Assembly (NCBI RefSeq): GCF_009914755.1
Contig: NC_060930.1
Strand: one strand, 5' to 3'
DNA length: 64,000 nt
Source of the DNA: the human T2T-CHM13v2.0 reference genome, Homo sapiens
Position numbers and translations under genes: made by a program. The notes beneath the pieces were generated by a model. The model was not told the DNA's origin. It saw only the letters and a program-made list of their open reading frames with translations, and searched no databases. Below, piece after piece: positions 52,964 through 64,000 of this stretch (positions are counted from its first letter, which is position 1; each line of letters opens with the position of its first letter).

Positions 52964-55682
52964 TGCACATGTATTTATTGTGTTTTTTAATGCTGGCATT
53001 TCCCCTCCGTAGCTGTGTTCCATTTAGTATACTGAGGGTTCTTTTCTGTTGGTTTAAAAGTTATACATTCTAGTTTTCTTCTCAGGGTGGCTGCCCTTAA
53101 CCTATGACTCATACCAATATGTATTCACATTTATTGGTATTATTGGTTTTGTTTTATTCCTAATTTTAGAAGTCTCAGCATGTTTTCCTATCCCTTTCAC
53201 GTGCCACCTCCAGCCCCATTTTCCTGATAATTTTCCTAGCTGTAATTCTCGGTTATTCTTAGCTACACTTCCTTGTTTCTGTGATCCTAACTTCACATTT
53301 CCCCTTGTTGTGAGATAACAGTAATCTGGAATGGATTCCTTGGTCACTTGTCCTCCTTGGTTCTCTTGTCGCATCTCCTGTGTTTCTCTTGCTGTTGAGG
53401 TACCTTCCTCTGAACTATTTCCAACTTGGATCTTTAGGAGGCAAATATCCTTCAGGTTTTCTATAATTTCGAATATTTCTAATACACTGCAGTGGGTAGG
53501 ATTTGGAAGCTGCCCCTTCAAGTTTCCTGTACCTTTTCTAGAACGATATGTTATAGAAAACACTGATGATAGGACAACTAACCACTGTCTTAGCCTGTTT
53601 CATTGAGCATGGAGCATACCAGCCGCAGGAAAATCCAGTATTTTAAGCAAGGAAGGAAGGAGTATGAAAGTGGGAATGCAAACGGGAAAGAAAAGGGGGG
53701 CCAGGAAGAAGGGGATGGAGAGAGTAAGGGGTGAGGGGCCTAGAGAAACCAGCTGCTCCTAGTCTAGGCACCGCTAGTCTAGGTACTGAGAGTCTAGGTA
53801 CCGCTAGTCTAGGTACTGAGAGTCTAGGTACCGCTAGTCTAGGCTCTGCACAGTCATAATTAAAGCTACTCATCAGTTAACCTTAAAATAGAGAGATTTT
53901 CCTGGATTCTCTGAGTGGGCCCAGTGCCATCACATGAGCTCTAAAAAGCAGAGAATTTTCTCAGGCTGGAGCCAAGAAAGATGCGTCCAATGTCAGACAG
54001 ATTCTAAGCATGAGAAGGATTTCATGCACTGTTGCTGGCTCTGAGATGTGGGGGCCATGAGCAAGACTGGAGAGGGGCCTCTGGGAGTTAGGGAAGGGCT
54101 GCAGCTGACAGCCAGCAGGGAAGCTGGGACCTTAGTCCCACAGGTCCAAGGACTGGATTCTGCCATCAACCTGAGTGCACTTGGAAGCAGATGCTTCCCA
54201 GAACCTCCCAACCAGAGCCCAGCAGGTGGACACCTTGACCTTGACCTTGAGGAACTGGGAGCAGAGAAACCAATCAAGCCATCTCAGACTTGCAACCTAG
54301 AGGACTGTGAAATAATAAAGATGTACTGATTTAAGCAGGTAAGTATGTGGCAATTTGTTATGACTGCAACAGAAAAGATACCTTCCTATTTAAATGAGAA
54401 TTTGACTGGATAAAAAATTCTAAGCTCAAGTTCTTTTCCTTCATATTTTAGAAAGAATACTCCGTTGTTATCTTGCAACCAGGGTTGCTGTTGTGTAGTC
54501 TGTTGGCCAAGTGTTTCCTTCTTCCTTCCATTGTTTCTCTGGGGTAATATGGGTGAGGGAGCCAGAAGCCTGAGCTTCTTTCCTGTCTTCATCCAGTGGA
54601 TTTGTACTGTTCCAGGCTGTTAGTCACAGTCTCAAGGAGGTGGAGAATGGTTTCTAGTTTAACCTACCTTTTCATAGATGCACTTGTAGATCAGACAAGC
54701 TTATTGTTTTTCTCTTATTCAGCTACTGTTAGTCTTCTCTCCTACCACCTTTCATAAATATTAAACTTACTGAGACATAATTTACAGACAATACTCCTTT
54801 GTGAACATAGGAGCTTAAAGTCTCTTATCTTTAGGAGTATATTGAAACTTGTAGGCATTTGGCCGTATTATAAGGCATGTTCCCAGGCTATAAATGTTAA
54901 ATAGTTGAATGATATTACTTCAGTCATGCATCATCTTACCAACCTGTCAGTTCTGTAGAAAATCACATTTCTAGCATTACTTGCTTCAGGTTTGCAGGAG
55001 AGAAAAACAACAATGTTTTCACTGAACATTGGCTTTTAGACAAAATGAGGGCTAGAACTATATTAAATTCATTTTTACTTCCTATCATTTCTGTATTTTA
55101 TAGATTTCATAAAACCGGCCCACTGTCTTAAATTTATTACAATTTATGACAGATATCTTAGTAAAATACTCCATCCCTTTCAGTTATTGGAAACACTAAT
55201 GAATTCTAGGCTTAAACAATAAATAGCACATTGTAGAACAGCAGTGCTGTTTCAAAACTGAACTCAGTTGAATTAATCAGGCATGACAAGATGTTTTTAT
55301 GATTCTGACAGAAGCTTAATGAACAATGTTAAATAGATTTAAACACTTTTTTATAATATATCTAAATGGTGTGAATTATGGTAACACTGCCTTTGAGAAG
55401 AAATCATCAATTTTGGATTTCACATACAGGATGGCACCCTAGGAAAACGTTAAAAAGTCAGGAGAATTGTACCTTTAAGACTGGAATTGACTAATGAAAA
55501 TATACATTACCAGAGAAACCTCCTGGGATGCCTGGACATTTACTTGTGATGCGAGCATTTTCCTGCCTAGAAACAGCAAAACTGACTGTTTAGCTGTAAC
55601 TGGCAGGCACCACATGCCATAGCAACAACAGAGCAAGAAAACCAGGAAAATTTATTTTTAAGTCCGTGCCTGATAATTCTAA

Positions 55683-55979
55683 TTTTTTTTTTTTTTTTGA
55701 GACAGAGTCTCACTCGCTGGTTAGCGCTGAATTACAGTGGCATGATCTCGGCTCACTGCAACCTCCACTTCCTGGGTTCAATTGATTCTTGTGCCTCAGC
55801 CTCCTGAGTAGCTGGGACTATAGGCGCGCACCACCATACCCAGCTAATTTTCGTATTTTTAATAGAGAAGGGGTTTCACCAGGTTGGTCAGGATGGTCTC
55901 GAACTCCCAACCTCAGGTGATCCACCCACCTTGGCCTCCCAAAGTGCTGGGATTACAGGGGTGAGCTACCGCGCCCGGC
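55683..55979 (-). mobile_element. AluS (mirror of 195-503)
   Basis: Alu dimer. Confidence 0.88.
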
Positions 55980-57719
55980 AAGATCATTCTAAAATCTAAA
56001 GCTGCAAAGTCTAACCCAGCAGTTACTAGCTACATGAGGCTATTAAGAGCTTGCAATACAACTAGTTTAAATTGAGAAGTACTGTCAGTATATGGTGCAC
56101 ACCAAATTCCAAAGGCTTAGTATGAAAATGTCAAATGTCTCATTATTCATTTTTCCATTGATGACATGTTGAAATAATCATTTTGGTTAAAAAAATTTAG
56201 TTAAAACATATTGAGTTAAAAATGTTGTAAAAATATATTTCACCTGTTTCTTTTTATTTTTTTCAGTGTGTTCACTAGAATATTTAAAATTCCCTGTGTG
56301 GCTCACACTTGTGGCTTGCATTATATTTCTATCAGAGGACTGATCTAGAGGTTCCATGTATTTTCTGTCTCTGTTGCACATTTCAGCTGGTTCTTGTTGT
56401 TGCTATCTTATCTCCCCATGTGGTTGGTTATCTTTGTCTATGTTCTGGATACAGTGTTTTAAAAATTGCTGTTGACAGAATATAAAGTGTAGGATGGGCT
56501 GGGCATAGTGGCAACCGGGGCCAGCCATTCTGCCAGGCTTGGGAACTGTGCTACTCAGGAAACTTTTCTCATCACCCACCCCAATCCTGTCCCAGATTGG
56601 AGGAACAGTAAGTGCTGTGCCTAGGCTCCCTGTCTTCCCAGTGCTCCCAGCATCACACCAGCTCCTCCCCAGTTGCTGTGGGGTCCCGACTCTCCATGTT
56701 CACCATGCTCCCAAAATTGGCTCCCCATCTTCACTGCCCACAAAGCATGGTCCCAGCTCCTCCAGGGTCACTGCCTGACCAGGTGGGGGTTGGGTGAAGA
56801 GGCAGAGATCAAGACAAGACACTTGGTCCAGTTTGACTTCAGGTTCTTCACTGAAACGTGACTGCATTCCACATCCTGTTCCTCCGGCAACCTCAGCTGG
56901 GACGATGTGTAGGGCAGTGTAGAATGTTGGCGGGTGATGACCAATTCCTGCCACCATGGCTTTTCAGCTATATTGATTTTTCCTAAAACGGACAAACAGA
57001 CTGGCAATAAGTTATGGAAATACTGTTTTCTTTACTAACAGTAGAGATGTGTACATGTATCAATGCTGATTTTTAAAACAAATATAAGCCCATAGGCACT
57101 CTGCTGAACGCAGATTCTATCTCAAAATAACACATTTTCAAGATCTTCCAATACCTGCACATACAGATTCTTTTCCTTTTTATCTCTGCACATTACATAG
57201 AATGACTGCATCACAACAAATGTTACCAGTGTCTGTGTCTGAAGATCCAGATGGTCTCCAGTCAGTTACTTTTAGAGAAACTAAATGCTGCAGAAACTGT
57301 GCTTGCATGAATCTCAATTTAATTGTGTAGAATAGATTTGCAGACACAGAATTGCTGTGCAAATTAATGCACCTTTAAAGCATCTCATGTCACGGATGGC
57401 AATGCTGGCGACACTCTTGTCTGTGATTGTGATGACCCAGCTTGGGCAGAGGATGGTGAAACATCCACTATAGTGGGAGGGGAAACTGAAGGACAGGGAG
57501 ACAGGTTTCATCAAGAGCAAAAAATATCCAAGTCTGAATGAAGAATATCTATACATATGCGTTTGAAATGGCATAAAGACTCCCTGGAAAGATTCAAAGA
57601 ATCCAATCATGTCTCATTCCGGGCTGTGGCCAATGAGATTGGATGCAGGCAGGGGCGGGGGAGACTTTCACACATGACTTTTCATGGTTTCGATCCTGAA
57701 ACACGTGAAAATATGTAGG

Positions 57720-58530
57720 TGAAGAAGTAAGAAAGAGTGGGGCCGGAGCCCCAGGGAGGGTCACCGGATGGGCTCGCCTGATCTGTTGTGGGCCCCGAGG
57801 GTCCTGGGACGCGGAACCCAAGCAGGGGCGCGCGGGGCTGCCTCAGTGACGAGGCACTGGTTCTAGATATTTACCAAACGGTGTTGACACACCGGGGATG
57901 TTATAGGCGATTGCTGATTTCAACCACAGATGACTTTGGGGGAAAGTTCGCTCCTGGGGGTTTCAGTTTCGACCCCTCCGCGTCCATTCTGGCTTCTGCG
58001 GGCTCCGCCAGGGCGTCCGCTTCGCCGGAGCTCCGGACCCAGGTCCTGCCCTGTGGAGACCCCGGAGTGGGTGCGCCGCTGCCGGCCGATACCCCCGGGC
58101 CTCCGGGTCCACAGCGTCCGGAAAAAAACGGCCTTTCGAAGACCTGGGATGACTCGCTGGTCGCGGCAAGGGACCCTTGGTTCCCGTGTCAGAAGGATCA
58201 AGGAAATGCGGGGCCTGTTGGGGTGAGGAGCACGAGGTCCCTCCTCCATCCTCGCGGGGACTTTGTCACCGGCTCAGTGTGTAGACCTCACCGTCCCACT
58301 CGAATCTGTGGGGCTCCGACAGTGTGGGCCCCGCGAGGACCCCCATCCTCCTTGCCCTGGGGCCGCTACAGGAGGGCGCCGGGACGCACTAGGTCCTGAG
58401 TGTCCAGGGTCCGGCAGGGGCGTCAGGTTGTCGCCTCCCGGATCCCGCCGCTCGCGGTCCAGGGCTCCTGGTTTCTACGCTGGGCTGGGGACCCGGAGCA
58501 TGCATGTCGTGGGGCGGAGAAAACCTTGGG
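57720..58530. promoter_or_regulatory. Orphan CpG island
   Basis: Dense CpG, GC-rich; no recognisable exon. Confidence 0.55.
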
Positions 58531-58859
58531 ATGGTTGGAAATGAAGGATGGGAGGGAGAACCAGAGAAAGGGAGAGGAAGGAAGCAGGGAGGGCCAGAGA
58601 ACAAAGAGAAACCTCCGCCAGGAAAATGGGAAGAGGATGACACAGGCACAGCCCTACACTCCACCAACTCTCAGTCTCCTGCTCTCTGCCTTGTAAGGAA
58701 CGCAGGCCCCACCCCCTCCAGCCTCACAGTGTTTGGGGTCACCCATTCTAGCGGGGTGAGGCGTCGCCTTGTGGGTGCGGTTGGCATTTCCCTGAGGTCT
58801 GTGGACACTGAGCACCTTTTCCTGGGCTCACTGCCATTTGCATTCTTCTTCTGATGCCA

Positions 58860-59443
58860 GTGGGCAAGGGGAGGTCCCTAAACGCCGGTTGGACCGCGAC
58901 CCTAGCCGGTGCGGGGCTCTTGGCAGCGCTTGGGGAAGTGAATTCGAAGACCAGTAGGAAAATAGAGGAAGGACGGAGATTTATTGTAAAAGGAAAAGTA
59001 CACACTCAAGTAAAGGGAGTGCAGGGGAACTCAAGAGAGAGGCAGGTGCAAGGGGGTTTGGTGCTGCCACCTTTCCTGGTTTCTTCAACCAAGGGGTGGA
59101 ATATTCATGAAAATTCCTGGAAGAAGGACAGGGATTCTCAGAACTCTGGTGCCTCGAATTTTTACACCAAATATGGGTATTCTCAGAACTGCTAGGGAGC
59201 TGGCTAGTGTGTGTTTAGTGTGTTTATCAGCATGTAATGAGGTCCCAGGTGAAACCTAGGTCAAATCCAGGGCCATGTTGGATCCACTCATTCTTAGTCA
59301 GCTTGGTCCACATGCTGTTTCTCAGCAACTTATCAGCCCAGAGCCACTGCAGATATTTCAACAGATTTCTTTTGCTAGTCACCTGAAACTGCTGCCCAAA
59401 ATTTTCTATTCTTTTGAGACCACCGTGTAGTATACCTGTCTCA
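58860..59443 (-). mobile_element. ERV1-class LTR (MER61-like)
   Basis: GAGATTTATTG...AAAAGTACACACTCAAG; ends CCTGTCTCA. Confidence 0.5.
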
Positions 59444-59784
59444 CTTTGGAGAAATGTCTATTCAAATTCCTTGCATATATTTAAATTGGGTTATTTCCCT
59501 TTGTAATATTGAGTTGGAAGAGTTCTTTATATATTCAGAATAACAGTCCATTACCAGATATATGATTTTCAATGATTTTCTCTCGTTCTGGAAGTTTTTT
59601 TTAATCTTCTAATTGGAGTTCTTTTGGAAGCACAAAAGTTTTACATTTGCATGAAATGAAATTAAACTACCTTTTATTACGCCATTTGTGCTACTGGCTA
59701 CAGGGAACGAGGGGTGGGCAGGAAGCCCCCTGGAGTCCCTGACTCCCTCCACAGCAAGTCAACCAGAAAATCAATTCAACATTC

Positions 59785-59972
59785 ATACATGCATGTTATC
59801 TCACACACACACACACATGCACACACACAGAGACATGCAGGCACAATCTCTCACACACACTCACACCACACAGGCACACACATTCACAGAGACACACATA
59901 CACAAATGCATGCAGAAATACAGACACAGCCATGCACATACACGGGCACACAAAAAGACACACAGAAACACA
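59785..59972. repeat. Degenerate (CA)n low-complexity tract
   Basis: Direct reading. Confidence 0.85.
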
Positions 59973-60544
59973 TGGGAGAAACCGCGTGTCATCTTGAGAG
60001 TTGTCATGTCGAGCCCATCCTGCCCACACACCTTTCACCTTGGGGGCTGTCTCCCAGCTCATGAAGGAGTTCTGAAGCCATCAAGAAGGCAGTCACTGTG
60101 TGATCTGAAACACTCAGACAGCTCCTCACTCTGATCTATCTTCCTGGTCCCCTTGGGATGAAGCAGCGTCCTGTTGGTTTTCACTGCAGCAGAAGAGAAT
60201 CCTCCCCCAGGGCAGAACTGCTGGGCCACCAGAGTACCCCTCTGCTCTTTGCCCTCAGGGCATCTTGATCTGCAGGGTGGGAGGAACTGCCCCAGTCCTC
60301 AAAAATGAACTCTTTATGGATTCCTCTTCCACCATGATGTCAATGTCTCTTTTGTCTTCTCTAGCCCTTGGCTGTGGATCCCAGGTTGTGTGCCAAGGAG
60401 CTCAGGGCACAAACTCGCTGTTGGCAAACCCTCTGGGCTTATTGAAATATTTGAAAGATGAACAGTGCCATCTGCTGGAAAAGACTGGAAAGTACCAGTC
60501 CAAGGTATTTCATAGTTCCAACATCAGACTATGCACCATTACAG

Positions 60545-61590
60545 GTTACAGGTATGCACCACCACATCTGGCTAATTTTTGTATTTTTAGTAGAGACGGA
60601 GTTTCACCATGTTGGTCAGGCTGGTCTCAAACTCCTGACTTCATGATCTGCCCACCGCGGCTTCCCAAAGAGCATTTTTTCATGTTCGTTGGCCACTTGC
60701 AGGTCTTCTTTTGCAAAGTGTCTGTTCACATTCTTTGCTTATTTTTTAATTGGAATTTTGTTCCTGCTTGTTGAGTTGTTTAAGTTCCGTGTAGATTCTG
60801 GATATTAGAGCTTTGCCAGATGCATAGATTGCAGATATTTCTCCCATTCTATAGGCTGTTTACTGTGTTGCTAATTTCTTTTACTGTGGAGAAGCGCTTT
60901 AGTTTAATGAGGTCACATTTGTCAATTTTTGTTTTTGGTTGCAAATGCTTTTGGTGTCTTCATCATGATATCTTTGTCAGGCTGTATGTCCAAAGTGGCA
61001 TTTCCTAGGTTATCTTCCAGGATTTTTATAGTTTTAGGACTTACATTTAAATCTTTAATTCATGTCGAGTTATTTTACATATATGGTGAAAGGTAGAGGT
61101 TCAGTTTCATTCTCCTACACATGGCTAGCCAGTTATCCCAGCACCATTTATTGAATTAGGACTCTTTCCTCATTGCTTTTTTTGTTGATTTTGTTGAAAG
61201 TTAAAAGGTGTGAAGGTTTCTTTCTGAGCTGTCTATTCTGTTCCACTGATCTAAGTGTCTACTTTGGTACCAGTACCATTCTGTTTTGATCACCGTAGCC
61301 TTATATTATAGTTTGAAGTCAGGCTATGTGGTGTCTCTGGCTTTGTTCTTTTTGCTTATGATTGTTTTGGCTATTTGGGCTCTTTTTTAACTCCAAAGAA
61401 CTTTTAGATTAGATTTGTCTAATTTTGTGGAAAATGACATTGGTATTGATAGAGATAGTGTTGCATCTATAAATTGCTTTTGGAAGTATGGCCATTTTAG
61501 CTATATTGATTCTCCAACCCATGAGCATGAAATATTTTTCCATGTATTTGTGTTGTCTCTGATTTTTTTCAGCCATGTTTTGTAGATTCT
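60545..61590 (-). mobile_element. Alu fragment (60545-60670) joined to an L1 fragment
   Basis: ORF2-like [20 protein letters not shown] (61409..61624-). Confidence 0.85.
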
Positions 61591-61709
61591 CTTTTTCCAC
61601 ACAAAGTCTGGCAGAATCACTCATTTATTACTCCATATCATGGAGGAAAAATGAAATAACATTAATTCTCTACTGAGTAATACAACAAAATTCTAAACTC
61701 AGTAGGTTT

Positions 61710-62228
61710 TTGGGAAATATAACTCTTTATTTAAATATCAGTACACAGCAATAAATTACTAAAGGAAACAATCATTAATATAAATTTTTTTCTTATTAAA
61801 TAATTAAACAATTCTCTTTCAGGACATGGAAAGAATCCCTGGAGGTCTGAAGTCTAACATGATTGTTTTACTGACAATCATGTCAGTAATGAAAGAAAGA
61901 AATCATCATTCAAAGAAGTACTTGATTTTCCAAACAAAAAGAGAAGAAAGAAAATGTTGACATATCTTGTTTAGTCAGCCAGAACTTTAAGTGCAGGAAT
62001 TCCATCAGGTAGCACCAAGAGAAAATTGCATAATATGTTAGGAATAATCACTGGTTAAATTGTTGGCAAAAGGAATCAAGGCAGTGAATGAGCTATTGGG
62101 TCCATGGTGTCATCATCATCTGCTGGAGGCTGCTGGACATACACCGTAGGTGGTGGGCAGCTGGCCAGACAGAAGGGCGAGGTTGATCAAGACCGTGCTC
62201 ACAGGGGCTTTTTGGTATCATCTTTAAC
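61710..62228 (-). other. RAET1L: RAET1L exon 5 (3' UTR)
   Basis: Acceptor TTTCTGAAG|GTTAAAG; ULBP2-type UTR; AATAAA 61731-61726. Confidence 0.75.
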
Positions 62229-63522
62229 CTTCAGAAAGGACCCAAATGTTGGTTTAAGAGGCAGAGAACCCGGATCACTTTTCCACGGTAATCTTTCCCT
62301 AGTCACTCTATGTCTCAGAGCCCCCTGCACTAAGGGACCTATTTTTCCCTTGAGCCCCAACCCTGGCGACTGCAGCTTGGACCTACCTCTTTCCTCCTTT
62401 GTCACATCACAGAGTCAGCCCAGGCCCTGCACCTGACCAGGGGATGGAGTGGAGGGGCCCACAGGTCTGAAGCTGGTAGTGATGGGTCCGCTCCCTCACT
62501 CAAGGCCCTCTTTATCATCTGATGACAGGGTCTAAAACATGGCAAGGGGTGGGACAGACTTCCAAAGAGAGGGCTCTGTATTCCTGTGCCCTTGGCCTTT
62601 GGTGGGCCTGCAGGCAAACATCCTTCTTTCCCCTTCTTCTTGAGCATCACCTCACACTGGGAGCAGCACCCATAGTTCTGAAGGTGACTGTCCCTGTTCC
62701 ACCTTTTCCATTCCTTATCCAGCCCAGTGGTGCCCGTGGAACCCCAGCAGCAGCTCAGATGCCCCTTCCTCTGAGTCCACTCTGCTCCTGGCAGGGCTAT
62801 GACTGGGCTCAGGATCTGGGGTGTGCAGGAGTGTGATGGCAGGGGAGCTGCCTCAGGGCCCAGACTCAAACCCCACGGGTACATGGGACTGACTTTTTAA
62901 AAATCCTTCTCTTGAGCAGCCTCTACTCTTCACCTTCCACCTTAATTCCTGGAACCTAAGCCACTTTCTGTGGGAAGGCAGCCCTGCACTCCCTCCTTTT
63001 CAATTAGGTGTACCAAGGCTCTCCCAGCCCCCTCCTCCTGGGATTACACCCAGATCTCTCTTAGCCTCAGAGATGGAATCCCCCTTCCCCTGTCACACCT
63101 CATGTAAAGCTACCATGATGCACCTAACCCAATTAAGAGGACTGCCCATGTCTGAATTCCTGCTGCCTGCAGGCCACACACCCTTCCTGAATAGGAACCT
63201 GCTCTGAATCAGGCCTGAACTTGCTAAACCTTCTCAAGCTCAACAGACCCTGAGCCTTGGTATGGGCCCCTCCCTTTCCCTCTGGACTCTGAAGGTGAGA
63301 ATCCATCAGAACTCAGGGCTGAGCTGCCCAGGTCATTGCCAACATTGCCAACAGGCAACACAAGGTCTCATTCACCTGTCTCATGTTAGGATGAGAAGGT
63401 CCCAGCCACGGGGAGGGGCGGGACTCCGGGAATTCTCTTTCCCCATCCTGCCTCCTCACCCACCTGCTCCTTGCTCCACTTCCAATTCTGCCCACAGTAC
63501 CTGTCACTCTAAAGGATTCTCC

Positions 63523-63632
63523 TCAGATGCCAGGGAGGATGAAGCAGGGGAGGATGATGAGGAGGCAGCAAAGGATGAGGGTGGTGGCTGTGGCCCTGAG
63601 TTGGGTTGTGCCTGAGGACATGGCGAGTGGTG
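63523..63632 (-). CDS. RAET1L: RAET1L/ULBP6 exon 4 coding part (GPI signal); gene continues beyond the window
   Basis: APLAMSSGTTQLRATATTLILCCLLIILPCFILPGI*; acceptor CATTTCAG|, donor at 63501. The peptide is shared with ULBP2, so RAET1L is assigned from strand and position distal to RAET1K. Confidence 0.85.
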
Positions 63633-64000
63633 CTGAAATGGAAACACAAAAGTGACAACCCTTGTCCAGGCCCCAAATCTGAGGAGACACCTCCTCAGTT
63701 CCTGCCACCCTAGGTCATCCTGGAAGGCAAAAGTTTTGTCCCCTCCCCCCTGGTGTGGGGCAGCCAGTATGACAGGTCCTGGCTTAGGAAGGGAGATGGG
63801 GTGTGTCTTGTCCTCAGGGAGCTCACACAGCTGCTGAGGGAAGCAAGGTGACAACACACCCCACCCTCCTGCTGTGGGGGAAGAGGAGGTGATGCCCCAG
63901 AGTTGGGGAGGGGAGGATCTCTGGCTGGTGTTGGAAGTGGTTTTGATGGATTTCCAGAACCAGACCAGGGAAAGGAAAGGAAAAGTGATTCTCAAAAGAG

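Larger units (their letters stand above)
41409..56173. repeat. Right arm of large inverted segmental duplication
   Basis: Reverse complement of 1-15522. Confidence 0.95.

Noticed and set aside
59688-60134. His/Thr-rich 148-aa ORF
   Set aside because: Translation of a degenerate CA repeat.
63523-63632. Calling the right-edge gene ULBP2
   Set aside because: The exon-4 peptide is shared, but ULBP2 lies upstream of ULBP1 on the same strand; minus strand distal to RAET1K fits RAET1L.

Overview
Human (primate) genomic DNA from the 6q25.1 ULBP/RAET1 NKG2D-ligand cluster. It holds the complete ULBP1 gene (+ strand, four coding exons 7393-13468, 244 aa, plus a non-coding exon 5), a 5'-truncated ULBP pseudogene (RAET1J, +) carrying a BTF3 retrocopy in intron 2, an inverted full-length ULBP1 paralogue with a nonsense codon (RAET1K, -), and the last two exons of RAET1L/ULBP6 (-) at the right edge. 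The window is a mosaic of segmental duplications: 1-15522 is mirrored at 41409-56173 and 15529-18075 at 34850-37378. It is dense in Alu, L1 and LTR elements. Less obvious signals: (i) a decayed MHC-class-I-like gene with an alpha3/Ig-C1 exon immediately upstream of ULBP1 and RAET1K, although ULBPs themselves have no alpha3; (ii) a further ULBP relic at 31.7-33.7 kb; (iii) a 24-copy tandem array made from the last 21 nt plus poly(A) of a prohibitin (PHB1) retrocopy; (iv) a ULBP1-specific compound CpG minisatellite in intron 1 carrying p53 half-sites; (v) a 4-kb deletion that removed ULBP1's ancestral poly(A) site. Gene symbols for pseudogenes and RAET1L rest on recalled gene order. Repeat subfamily calls and boundaries were read by eye and are approximate.
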